A stretch of DNA of 64,000 bases from Candidatus Marinacidobacterales bacterium (GTDB lineage Bacteria > Acidobacteriota > Vicinamibacteria > Marinacidobacterales > DATDRI01): positions 4,608,001-4,672,000 of the forward strand of contig OZ245365.1 of the NCBI GenBank assembly GCA_965226495.1, written 5' to 3'. The notes beneath the pieces were generated by a model that saw only the letters and a program-made list of their open reading frames with translations, was not told where the DNA came from and did no database searches. Each line of letters starts with the position of its first letter. Position 1 is the stretch's first letter. The position numbers and the translations under genes are program-made. Shown piece after piece: positions 30,729 to 43,190 of this stretch.

Positions 30729-30963
30729 TATGCATGTATTGGGTGATGTCTTAAGATTCCTGTCAAAGAAAAACGATGTATGGAACGTCTGGTATTTGGG
30801 GAGATGAATCTCTCGGAGATCGTCCGGTCGGGAGCGAGGCAATGACTATCGAGAACGATCAGGCCAGATCGAGCGTATCCGGATGGAACCTAGTTTTCCC
30901 AATGAGTAGGCATGTGCTAAAACACTAGTTGCTTCACTCAGAACACACAACAAGGAGGATGAT

Positions 30964-31269
30964 ATGCATGTATTGCTGCACATCAAGATCCCGCATGAGC
31001 CGTTCAACACAATGGTTCGAAACGGGACTGCCGGAGACAAGATCAAGCAGATTCTCGAGGATCTGAGGCCAGAGTCCGTCTACTTCGGCGAGTTCAACGG
31101 CCAGCGCGGATCGATCATGGCCGTCGACCTGAAGGACTCATCGGAAATCCCGAAGTACGCGGAACCTTGGTTTCTCACATTCAATGCCGACGTCGAGTTT
31201 CATCCCGCAATGACCCCCGAGGAACTAGGGAAGGCAGGACTGGACGAGCTGGGCAAGAAGTGGGCCTAG
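30964..31269 (+). CDS. Small conserved protein (DUF3303-like)
   Basis: PESVYFGE..GQRG, AEPWFLTFNADVEFHPAMTPEEL; AAGGAGG RBS. Confidence 0.7.
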   Translation: MHVLLHIKIPHEPFNTMVRNGTAGDKIKQILEDLRPESVYFGEFNGQRGSIMAVDLKDSSEIPKYAEPWFLTFNADVEFHPAMTPEELGKAGLDELGKKWA

Positions 31270-31529
31270 GCCCACCTTGTAGGCTGAAGAAGCGGGAGGC
31301 GAGTGCGGTGCCGTCACGCCCACTTGCCTCCCACTTCAAGCTTTGCATCGTCGCTATACCGCTCTTCCCCATAATCGGCAACGGTTCTTCCGCGGCCGCC
31401 CAAACCGAGAGAGGGGCGTCGCCACCCCTACCCAGACCACAGAAATACCGGTGAAGTAGTACGCGGTTCGCTCGCGGACCTCTCAAAACAATGATCAGGC
31501 GGGTCATCGGCCAGCTTTAGGAGAAGAAT

Positions 31530-32054
31530 TTGAGCTATTTCATGCTGGATATCGAAGCCGATGGGCCCATTCCGGGCGATTATTCGATGATTTGCTTCGG
31601 GGCGGTCATCGTGGAACCCGGTCTGGAACGAACATTCTACGGCCGCCTCAAACCGACGACCGACTTGTGGATTCCAGAGGCGCTCAAAGTGAGCGGTTTT
31701 GCACGCGAAGAGACGCTGTCATTCGATGACCCGAAAACTGTGATGCGTGAGTTCGGGGATTGGGTGAAAAAGGAGACCAAGGGACGCTCGATGTTCATCT
31801 CGGACAACAACGGCTTCGACTGGCAGTTCATCAATTGGTACTTCCATCACTTCCTTGGAGAGAACCCCTTCGGACATAGCTCCACCAACTTAGGCTCGCT
31901 GTACAAGGGATGCGAGCGGGACATGTTCAAGAACTTCAAACATCTCCGGCAGACGGAGCACACGCACGATCCGTTGGACGATGCCAAGGGCAACGCCGAG
32001 GCCTTGCTCGCAATTAGAGATCGGTATGGTCTGCGGATCAGCCTGGAGCGTTAA
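31530..32054 (+). CDS. DEDD 3'-5' exoribonuclease-like protein
   Basis: DIEADGP, SDNNGFDW, HTHDPLDDAKGNA. Confidence 0.85.
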   Translation: MSYFMLDIEADGPIPGDYSMICFGAVIVEPGLERTFYGRLKPTTDLWIPEALKVSGFAREETLSFDDPKTVMREFGDWVKKETKGRSMFISDNNGFDWQFINWYFHHFLGENPFGHSSTNLGSLYKGCERDMFKNFKHLRQTEHTHDPLDDAKGNAEALLAIRDRYGLRISLER

Positions 32055-33451
32055 GGCTGGCCTGATACGGTTGCCGGCGAGTCGAGGAGCCCCGGCTCAG
32101 CGATGACCCTCTCGATGTCCTCTGCCTCCATCGGCAGAATCTTCGACAGCAGCTCGTATCCATCCGGCGTAACGAGGATCATATCCTCGAGGGTGACGCG
32201 GAAGTTGTTGAGGTCCGGAAGCCGCATCACGGGCTCGATGACGAACACCTGTCCCGGCACTAGGGGCTTCGAGCGATCGCCCGCTCCGCCAACGAAGTAG
32301 TCGACGTAGTGACCCAGCGGTCTTCCCGTCCCGTGACGGGCAACATAGTCCTCTGCTCCTCGACGTAAGTAGTCCTCTTTGAGATCTGGCAGCTGTTTTT
32401 TCATAGCTTCGACCGAAGCCATCGCGATGTCCTTCTGCGTGACGCCGGGCTTGATGGCGGCCAGAGCGGCACGGTAAGCAACCAGATAGATATCGTAGAG
32501 GGCGCGTTGCTGCGCGGTGAATTTCCCTGAGACAGGCGCGGTGCGGGCGATATCCGTTTTGTAGTAGTTGTATTCGCAAGACACATCCACCAGCATGACT
32601 TCACCGGTTTCCATAACCCGGTCTAGCTTGTTGTAGTAGTTGAATATCTCTATGAAGCTCTTCATGAAGTTGGGTCCCGATTGAAGATCTTCCGAGTAAG
32701 CGAGTCGCTGCGCGCCTTCCTTGCGAAAGACGAGGCGGGACACCCCGGCGAGTTGACTCTCTCGGATGCCCGGCCGAACCGAGCGGAGGGTCTCCAGCAA
32801 CCCCAGGCTCGAAATCTCCACCGCACGACGAATCGATTCGATCTCATCAGCATCCTTCACGGCGCGAAGCTCAGTGATCACGGGGTCGAGGTTTTGGAAC
32901 TCCATCCACCCGAAGCGGCGAGAAAGACTGGTTCGCAGATCTTGCTGGCGATCGGTCGGTTCATCCAGCCCTTCGGGGAAAATTTTCTTTGATCCAAACG
33001 GGATCTCCCCGGGTTGACGCCCTAGCAAGAGATAGATCACGGGACGACGCTCGGCCAAAGCGTCCAAGTCCCCGAACAACGAAGTCATCGGAGCAATGCG
33101 AGCGACGCCAGCCGCCGCAGGCACCGAGTCCTTCTCCTTGGCCTCGTCTCGGAGATAGAGCGTGGTTTTCCGCTCCTTGGCGTCGAGCAAGAGAATGGCA
33201 CTCTTCACCTCGAGACCCGTGAGGTAGTAAAAGTGGACTTCCTGCTTGAACTCCTGCGGTGTATAGGTGGGGTCGTAGCGATGAGCCTGCCAACTGGTAC
33301 TGTAATCGGGCTCAGCCAACAAAAGGGCGACGCCGCCATCGAGCTTGTCGTAGAGAGCAGCGCGGCGTCTGGTGGGTTGGGCGTCGGCCAGAGCGGTGAA
33401 TGTCAGAATGACAAGGACTACGATGAAAGCAACGTGCTTTGTAGTCGGCAT
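32051..33451 (-). CDS. Xaa-Pro aminopeptidase (M24), exported
   Basis: FYYLTG, R.VKD..EI, DIART, GH, IEP, EDMILVT. Confidence 0.85.
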   Translation of the reverse strand: MPTTKHVAFIVVLVILTFTALADAQPTRRRAALYDKLDGGVALLLAEPDYSTSWQAHRYDPTYTPQEFKQEVHFYYLTGLEVKSAILLLDAKERKTTLYLRDEAKEKDSVPAAAGVARIAPMTSLFGDLDALAERRPVIYLLLGRQPGEIPFGSKKIFPEGLDEPTDRQQDLRTSLSRRFGWMEFQNLDPVITELRAVKDADEIESIRRAVEISSLGLLETLRSVRPGIRESQLAGVSRLVFRKEGAQRLAYSEDLQSGPNFMKSFIEIFNYYNKLDRVMETGEVMLVDVSCEYNYYKTDIARTAPVSGKFTAQQRALYDIYLVAYRAALAAIKPGVTQKDIAMASVEAMKKQLPDLKEDYLRRGAEDYVARHGTGRPLGHYVDYFVGGAGDRSKPLVPGQVFVIEPVMRLPDLNNFRVTLEDMILVTPDGYELLSKILPMEAEDIERVIAEPGLLDSPATVSGQP

Positions 33452-33462
33452 TTTAGTAACCA

Positions 33463-33557
33463 CCCTCACCCCGGCCCTCTCCCTGAGGGAGAGGGAGTAA
33501 AGGAAGGAAGCCATCCGTGGCACCCTCACCCCAGCCCTCTCCCCAGAGGGGAGAGGG
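33463..33557. repeat. Doublet of REP-like hairpins (family C)
   Basis: Two CCCTCACC..CCCTCTCCC..GGGAGAGGG units with an AAGGAAGGAAGCCA spacer. Confidence 0.88.
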
Positions 33558-33563
33558 AGAATT

Positions 33564-34692
33564 CTAGCCGTCGACCTCGACTTCCATGGATTGGAGCTCA
33601 CGCAAAATCGTCTCCACCTTTTCGGCGGGCAGGCTATGTCGCTCCGCCACTTTCTCGATCTGCTCCATCTTGATGCGTCGAGGAGAAAAAGGCGCTGTCG
33701 GTTCGAAGTCTTTGTCCCGTATCTGAAGCGAGACCACATCCCACCGACTGTAATGTCCCATGCAATCGAAGACGTTCTTGGCCACGATACGATCGGCCAG
33801 ATCCAGCTCGGCGACCACCATCTCTTCGCGATGGAAAACCGGTTCCGCAGCATAGGCACCGAACGGGTTCACGATCGCGCTGCCACCCATAGCCCACTTC
33901 CAGCTCGCGGTCTTCTTATAGGGGAAGTCGTCAGGCACCGAGTCCTCCGGCAGGTAGAGGCTCGCACTGACCACGAAGGTCTGGGTCTCGAAGGCGTATT
34001 CCCGTATCGCGCAGTCCTGATCGGAAGAGTGGAGCGGTCCCTCGGAGCCCGTCATGTCACGCACCGAATTGCCCTCTCCGCCATAGCTCCACCAGCCCGG
34101 CCAAACCGCAGCGTGTATCTCCTCCCCCTTGATGGCCATCGCAGCCTTCAAGAGAGTCATGTGGTTCTCGAAACAAATGAGCCCACCTAGTCGACCAAAG
34201 CTGGTATCGAAAACTCGAAGGTCGGATGCGTCACCTCGCCCCCAAAAGAAGCGCTCTTGATGCGTGGGCATCAACTTGCGATGGCGGCCCAGAATCTCAC
34301 CATTGGAGCCGATGAAGAGGAGGGTGTTGTACAACGTCGCCGAGCCTTCACGATCGTCTTGTTCGTTGAGCCCGATGACCGCGACAACGCCGGCGCTCGC
34401 CGCCGCCCGACAGAGAATGTCGGTCTCTGGGCTAGGAATGCGGACCGACTGCTTCGTAGAACTCGACCACCGTGTCCTTCCAAAGAACAGCCGATTCCGG
34501 CGACGTATAGCCGAAGTTGTTTCGCCAGTACGGATAGGTCGGGATACCGGTCTCGGGCGTTACCAACAGCTTCACGCCCTGTCGTCCTGCCTCAACGATG
34601 GTCTCGGCGTACTTCTCGACCGACTCTCGCTTTTTCATGAAGACGGGCGAGATTTGTGCTGCTGCGACGCGTAGAGGTTTTTTGTTGGGCAT
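33564..34692 (-). pseudogene. Nitrilase (carbon-nitrogen hydrolase) with a 1-bp frameshift near 34457
   Basis: VAAAQ, TPE, HRKLMPT, LICFEN triad split over two frames; removing one A restores FYEQSVRIP. Confidence 0.85.
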
Positions 34693-34702
34693 AAGAACGT
34701 GC

Positions 34703-37633
<2,931 letters not shown>

Positions 37634-37653
37634 CTAAACCCGCTCCGCCAATC

Positions 37654-38043
37654 TCAATCCGCCCCCTCCTTCTCTATGAGCTCCTGGTACTGCGAAGCAG
37701 TGAGCAATTTCCCGAGCTCCGCCGCGTCGTCAACTTTAACGATCATGAGCCAGGAGTTCCCGTGAGGATCTTTATTCACCATCTCTGGTGAGTCCACGGC
37801 ACTCTGGTTAACTTCCACGACTTCTCCTGCCACAGGGCTGAAGAGCTCCGAGACCGCTTTCACCGACTCGATGGTGCCGAAGACCTCGTTGGCGGTCAAC
37901 TTGGCACCGACGTCGGGAAGCTCCACGTAGACCACATCACCGAGTTGCTTCTGGGCATAGTCGGTGATACCGACGGTGCCACGGTCACCCTCCATCTTGA
38001 TCCACTCGTGCTCTTTCGAATATTGCCGATCGTCAGGGTACAT
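37654..38043 (-). CDS. gcvH: Glycine cleavage system H protein
   Basis: HEW, GITDYAQ..LGDVVYV, ESVKA lipoyl site. Confidence 0.97.
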   Translation of the reverse strand: MYPDDRQYSKEHEWIKMEGDRGTVGITDYAQKQLGDVVYVELPDVGAKLTANEVFGTIESVKAVSELFSPVAGEVVEVNQSAVDSPEMVNKDPHGNSWLMIVKVDDAAELGKLLTASQYQELIEKEGAD

Positions 38044-38091
38044 ATTTGTCTCTCCTAGCCCTCGTCATAAACATCCGCGCTTCAATCTATT

Positions 38092-39219
38092 CTAGTTTTC
38101 GCTTCCCGTGCCAGCGGACACCTTCTTCCGCCTGTAGAAAGGGGTAGGAACCACCCGCGCTCGGGCACGGCGGCCCCGGATCTCCACCTCGAGATCCGTT
38201 CCATCGGCCCATGCCGAAGCCGGGAGATAGCAGAGCCCGATGGACTTCTTTAGATAGGGAGCGAAACTACCACTGGTTACCGCCCCCACGGCATCACCGT
38301 CGACGAAAACGGGATGGCCGCTTCGCGCGATCCCTCGGTCCACCATCTCGAAACCGACGAGCTTGCGCAAGACACCTTCTTCTTTTTGCCTTGCGAGGAC
38401 CTCGCGGCCAAGGAAATCGCCTTTGTCGAACTTGATCATCCAACCCAAGTCCGCTTCGAGTACGGTGTGCTTTTCGTCGATGTCGTTTCCAAAGAGCGCC
38501 ATTTTTGCTTCGAGCCGCAGCGTGTCGCGTGCGCCCAGGCCAGCAGGCTTTAGCCCCGATGATTGCCCCGCCTCCATCACTTTTTGCCACAACGCCTCTG
38601 CGTGCTCGGCTGGCACCAAGAACTCGAACCCGTCCTCGCCCGTGTAGCCGGTGCGAAAGATGGTGACGTTATGTCCGGCCACTTCGCCCCTGACGAAGTG
38701 GTAATACTTCAGCTCATCGAGCTTTTCGGTAGTCAACATGGAGAGAATGTCCCGAGCACGCGGCCCCTGGAGGGCAACCAACGCGTAATCGTCACTCACG
38801 TTCTTCACTTCGCCTTCTCCGCGGCGATGGGATTCGATCCAATCGAAGTCCTTTTGGATATTCGAGGCATTGACGATGGCCAGGTAGCTCGAATCGCTCA
38901 TACGCGAGATGATCAGATCGTCGATGAAACATCCTTCGGGCGTCGTGAGGGCCGAGTAATGCGCTTTTCCCACCGTGAGGCGCGACACGTCGTTGGGTGT
39001 TAGGCGCTGCAGGAGCTCGAGAGCGCCCGATCCTTCAAAAAGGAGCTCACCCATGTGGCTCACATCGAACAACCCGGCGGCGTTGCGAACCGCGAGATGT
39101 TCAGCGACGACGGCGCCATAGTCCACCGGCATTTCCCAGCCGGCAAAATCCACCAGCCGTGCATTGAGTTTTCGATGTACGGAATAAAGTGGCGTTCTCT
39201 GAACCGGAGAGCTAGACAT
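38092..39219 (-). CDS. gcvT: Glycine cleavage aminomethyltransferase T
   Basis: FAGWEMP, FDVSHMG, RTGYTGEDGFE, GLGARDTLRLE. Confidence 0.97.
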   Translation of the reverse strand: MSSSPVQRTPLYSVHRKLNARLVDFAGWEMPVDYGAVVAEHLAVRNAAGLFDVSHMGELLFEGSGALELLQRLTPNDVSRLTVGKAHYSALTTPEGCFIDDLIISRMSDSSYLAIVNASNIQKDFDWIESHRRGEGEVKNVSDDYALVALQGPRARDILSMLTTEKLDELKYYHFVRGEVAGHNVTIFRTGYTGEDGFEFLVPAEHAEALWQKVMEAGQSSGLKPAGLGARDTLRLEAKMALFGNDIDEKHTVLEADLGWMIKFDKGDFLGREVLARQKEEGVLRKLVGFEMVDRGIARSGHPVFVDGDAVGAVTSGSFAPYLKKSIGLCYLPASAWADGTDLEVEIRGRRARARVVPTPFYRRKKVSAGTGSEN

Positions 39220-39319
39220 TCATCCGTAGGGGCAGTAAAAAGAAATCGTCGGCCCGGTTGACCTCGCTGACGGACGGCTACGCTATCACAGGGCTCTTAA
39301 CAGTGTCAAGAAACCGCGC

Positions 39320-39348
39320 TTGCCGGCGGGGGCAGAGCTTCTTATAAT
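39320..39348 (+). promoter_or_regulatory. Sigma70-type promoter
   Basis: TTGCCG-17 nt-TATAAT upstream of the GspE-like gene. Confidence 0.6.
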
Positions 39349-39394
39349 AGAGGAGGTTAGGGCATCTCCCTATAGTCAGTACTTCGATGGCAAA

Positions 39395-40999
39395 ATGGTC
39401 AAAGCCAGCCAAGCATACGTCGTTCGCTGCTGGAACTGTCTGAACGACTTCGAGGCAATCGAGGCCGTTTGGTGCAATTGCGATCCCCGCAAACCAACCA
39501 AGCTGTGCCCGTTCTGCCTCCAGTGCTTCTGCCCCGCTGACGATAGCTACAAATCCAACTTCTGGGACCTGGCCCCCGACTCGCTCAACGAAGAGGTCGC
39601 GCTCCTCGAACGGAGCCAGGATCGCTTGGGTGAGATCCTCGTCCGTAACCAGAAGCTCACAACCCCTGAGCTGCTCCGAGCCCTGGTGGAGCAGAAGCGG
39701 ACCGGGGACCTGCTGGGCAAGATCCTGGTCCAGAAAGGGTGGGTGAGCCAAAGCGATATCGAAGAGGGGCTCCGCTACCAGGGCTACAAGCCGCTCGTCG
39801 ATAAGGACGGCGGAGAGGTTCATGCGACACCGATCGCGGACCAATCGATTCCCCAGGAAACGCTGGACTACCTTCTGACGCTTGGCGCAAAAAAGGGTGC
39901 TTCCGACATACATATCGAGCCCTCCGACAACGAGCTGGGGGTCAAGTTCAGAATCGATGGGTACTTCTATAAGCTGAAGCCCCTTCCGAGAGCCGCCCTG
40001 GAGCCGTTGTCGGCAAAGATCGGCTCGCTGTTTCGTCTCGATCCGACCCGCGAGGGTGTGCCCCAGAAGGGTCGGGCAGTGACGCAGCTCATGGAGCGCG
40101 AGTACGACCTTCTCGCTCAGACCCTTCCGACCCAAAAAGGGACCAGCACGACGATAAAGCTCGTCGATCGCCGTTTCTTCCTGAAGAACTTCACCGCACT
40201 GGGACTGACCCCGGCGAACCAACTCTTCTTGGTCCGGGCGATGGACGCTCCCTCCGGCCTGATACTCGTCTCTTCGCCTCCCTTCAACGGCGCCATGACG
40301 ACGTGTTACTCGCTCATGGACCACCTGGCCAAATCGGAGCGCAAGGTCGTGAGTCTCGAACCGTCCATTCAGTGGCAGGTTCCTTATGTGAACCAGATAG
40401 AAGTAAACGAAGAGCGAGGATTCGGTCTCCAGGAGGCGATGCGCTCCCTAACGACCGTGAAGCCGGACGTACTTTTCGCACTGGACTTGTCGGATCGGCC
40501 AACTGCCACACAGGTCTGCCAGCTCGCCACTTCGGTACTCGTGATCGCAACACTACCTGCTTTCAACGCGGTCGAGGCCCTCTGGCGACTCTACGAGTAC
40601 GGCGTACCGCCTTCTCTCATCTCCCGGTCGCTGGCTTTGGTCTTGAACCAACGACTGGTTCGACGCATTTGTAGGAACTGCCGCGAGGGAGGCAACCTGG
40701 CCGACCCGCGGAAGCTCGCTCCCCATGGCGTCAGCGAAGAGGAAGCCGCCGGGGTGAGGCTTTATCGCGGCAAAGGCTGTGCGGCCTGTAACCGCATCGG
40801 CTATCGACGTCGCAAGGGCATCTTCGAAGTCATGATTGTCGACGATGAGATGAGGCAACTCCTCGCCAAGCGCCCTGAGCTACCCGAGATCGAGGCAGCA
40901 GCAAAGCAATCCGGAATGGAGACTCTACGCGAACGGGCCCTCCACGATGTGTCCGACGGCATTACCTCCATCGACGAGTTCATCCGTTGGAGACTATGA
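39395..40999 (+). CDS. GspE/PilB-like protein with Cys-rich N-terminus and degenerate ATPase motifs
   Basis: ASDIHIEP, FRIDG, QRLVRRIC..C, GKGC..C..GY; Walker A position reads SPPFNGAMTT. Confidence 0.85.
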   Translation: MVKASQAYVVRCWNCLNDFEAIEAVWCNCDPRKPTKLCPFCLQCFCPADDSYKSNFWDLAPDSLNEEVALLERSQDRLGEILVRNQKLTTPELLRALVEQKRTGDLLGKILVQKGWVSQSDIEEGLRYQGYKPLVDKDGGEVHATPIADQSIPQETLDYLLTLGAKKGASDIHIEPSDNELGVKFRIDGYFYKLKPLPRAALEPLSAKIGSLFRLDPTREGVPQKGRAVTQLMEREYDLLAQTLPTQKGTSTTIKLVDRRFFLKNFTALGLTPANQLFLVRAMDAPSGLILVSSPPFNGAMTTCYSLMDHLAKSERKVVSLEPSIQWQVPYVNQIEVNEERGFGLQEAMRSLTTVKPDVLFALDLSDRPTATQVCQLATSVLVIATLPAFNAVEALWRLYEYGVPPSLISRSLALVLNQRLVRRICRNCREGGNLADPRKLAPHGVSEEEAAGVRLYRGKGCAACNRIGYRRRKGIFEVMIVDDEMRQLLAKRPELPEIEAAAKQSGMETLRERALHDVSDGITSIDEFIRWRL

Positions 41000-41003
41000 A
41001 GCG

Positions 41004-41600
41004 GTGAAGATAGCTTTCATCGGCACGCACGGAGTCGGAAAAACCACCCTCTGCTACCACCTGGCGGGGATCCTCAAGAAGAAGCTTCCCAGCGTCGATA
41101 TCGTCAAGGAGGTCGCGCGCGGCTGTCCCTTACCGATCAATCGTGACACGAACTTGGCGGCTCAGTCTTGGATTCTTCACTCGCAGATTGCGATGGAGAT
41201 TGCGGCACAAGATCAACACCACACGGTGATCTGCGACCGAAGCGTTCTCGACAACTATGCCTACCTCGTGCACGCGGAGGGGGCGCATGCGGTGCTCGAT
41301 CAGCTCGTCACCTACTGGATGGAGACCTACGATTACCTCTTCAAAGTCCCGGTGGGTTTCGTACTGCAACAAGACGGTGTGCGCGACACCGACACGGAGT
41401 TTCAACTCGAGATCGACCGGCTGGTCGGCGACATACTCAACGAGCGGGGGCTACGCTATTACAACCTCTCAGGCAGTAACCGAGAAATATGGATCGCCTT
41501 TGTCGTCGGCGTCGTCGAACGAAGCGATTCTTCCCCCAAGTCCACCACCGCACTGCCCGCGCCGCGCCAGATGCCCCTGCCCATGAAAAATGACGGGTGA
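41004..41600 (+). CDS. AAA_28/NadR-like P-loop protein
   Basis: GTHGVGKTT, EVAR, ICDRSVLD. Confidence 0.85.
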   Translation: MKIAFIGTHGVGKTTLCYHLAGILKKKLPSVDIVKEVARGCPLPINRDTNLAAQSWILHSQIAMEIAAQDQHHTVICDRSVLDNYAYLVHAEGAHAVLDQLVTYWMETYDYLFKVPVGFVLQQDGVRDTDTEFQLEIDRLVGDILNERGLRYYNLSGSNREIWIAFVVGVVERSDSSPKSTTALPAPRQMPLPMKNDG

Positions 41601-41762
41601 GTCGGACCGATCCGACACCGGCGCCTGGCTTCATTGAAGGTGGCAACCCGACATTTTGGCGCCAAACACGAATTCGAGGCGCTCAGCCGCGCTTTACAAA
41701 ACTTTACGTTGCCGACAAACTCCTGAAAACACGAGTGGCTAGTTTGGGGTGTGAGGATCGCA

Positions 41763-42335
41763 ATGGAGCGAGACCTCACGAACAAAAGGAGCCACAAAAT
41801 GAATTCCGAGAATAATCATGAGGTTGAGCGCAAACACCGCTCGAAAGGATTCTGGGCTTTCGTCCTCATCGCCGGACTCGTCGTCGCGGTCCTGACAGGA
41901 GGGGCACTCGTTTCAACGCAGGCCTCCGGCTTTTTCGGCCATTCCGGGCATTCTGGGCATGGGCATCGGGGACACTTCAGCAAAAATCCGGAAATGGCGC
42001 GCGAGCACGCCGAGTTCGCCGCTTCTTGGGTGCTGGGTCGCATCGATGCTACCGACGACCAGAAAGAACAAGTGCAGGCGATCATCGGGAATGGAGTGGA
42101 GAACCTCGTCGGCCTGGCGCAACAGCATCGTGAGAACCACGAGGCCTGGCGGGTCGAGCTCTCCAAATCCACTATCGATCGTGTCGCGCTCGAAGAGCTT
42201 CGGAAAAGCGGGATCGAGCTTGCGGATACCGCCTCGACACGGCTGATAGAAGCCCTCGCCGATGCGGCCGAAGTCTTGACGCCAGAGCAACGGGCCGAGC
42301 TCATGGAAATGGCCGACCGCTTTCACGAGCGTTAG
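41763..42335 (+). CDS. Spy/CpxP-family periplasmic protein
   Basis: TM/signal segment, His-rich linker, TDDQK and VLTPEQR motifs. Confidence 0.85.
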   Translation: MERDLTNKRSHKMNSENNHEVERKHRSKGFWAFVLIAGLVVAVLTGGALVSTQASGFFGHSGHSGHGHRGHFSKNPEMAREHAEFAASWVLGRIDATDDQKEQVQAIIGNGVENLVGLAQQHRENHEAWRVELSKSTIDRVALEELRKSGIELADTASTRLIEALADAAEVLTPEQRAELMEMADRFHER

Positions 42336-42342
42336 GCCGAAA

Positions 42343-42416
42343 CGGGGGTCAGATCCAGTTTTGTGCACATTTGGGCCATACTGACTGGCGAATGCACAAT
42401 ATTGGATCTGACCCCT
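42343..42416. repeat. Inverted repeat element (family A)
   Basis: GGGGTCAGATCCA...TGGATCTGACCCC. Confidence 0.85.
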
Positions 42417-42456
42417 GTAACATTCCTTTACGGGGGTCTGAAGCCGGGAGTGTGCG

Positions 42457-43167
42457 GTGGTTGAACGCGTCTTGATGATCGAGGACGACGAGACCCTATC
42501 GGGGATGGTGGGCGAGTATCTCGGCGCGCGGGGGATCGAAGTCACCACCAGGCCGGAAGCGGAGTCGGGGCTAAAGCTTCTCAAGCAAAACGAATTTGAT
42601 GCGCTCATCCTCGACATCATGCTCCCCGACCTCGACGGGTTCGAAGTCTGTCGGAGGGTGAGATCGGATTCCGACATTCCTATCCTGATGCTCACCGCGA
42701 GAGGGGAGGATACCGATCGCATCGTCGGGCTGGAGCTGGGCGCCGATGACTACCTGCCCAAACCCTTCAACCCCCGAGAGCTGCTCGCCCGCCTGCGCGC
42801 CATTTTGCGCCGGCGAGGTGCGCCATCGAAAGGAGCACAACCGAGTCTCCGTTTCGGCCGGCTAGAGATCGATCGAAACGCTCGGCTGGTTCACGTGGAA
42901 GGTCAGGCCAGAACTATGACAAACCATCAGTTCGAGCTCTTGTGCATCCTCGCCGAGAATGCCGGGCGGGTGATGTCTCGCGAGAGCTTGATGAATCGCC
43001 TGAGAGGCCACGGTCTCGAGGCGTTCGATCGCAGCATCGATGTTCACATCTCTCGCATTCGCGCCGCCATCGAGGCGGACCCCAAGCATCCCCGCCGGGT
43101 GATCACGATCCGGGGAGCGGGATACGTCTTCGCCCAGAAGCAGGACGACGACTCGGGGGCCCGCTAA
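42457..43167 (+). CDS. OmpR-family response regulator
   Basis: LDIMLP, GADDYLPKPF, DRSIDVHISRIR. Confidence 0.95.
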   Translation: MVERVLMIEDDETLSGMVGEYLGARGIEVTTRPEAESGLKLLKQNEFDALILDIMLPDLDGFEVCRRVRSDSDIPILMLTARGEDTDRIVGLELGADDYLPKPFNPRELLARLRAILRRRGAPSKGAQPSLRFGRLEIDRNARLVHVEGQARTMTNHQFELLCILAENAGRVMSRESLMNRLRGHGLEAFDRSIDVHISRIRAAIEADPKHPRRVITIRGAGYVFAQKQDDDSGAR

Positions 43168-43190
43168 GCCCGATAAGCCAGATAAGCCTG

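Noticed and set aside
33463-33557. CRISPR array from the repeated hairpins
   Set aside because: Only doublets with shared spacer sequence; no cas genes
33452-33859. N-terminal extension of the 602-aa ORF
   Set aside because: It runs through repeats and overlaps the nitrilase; the signal peptide starts at 33451
39220-39310. Glycine riboswitch upstream of gcvT
   Set aside because: The region is short and no aptamer consensus is recognisable
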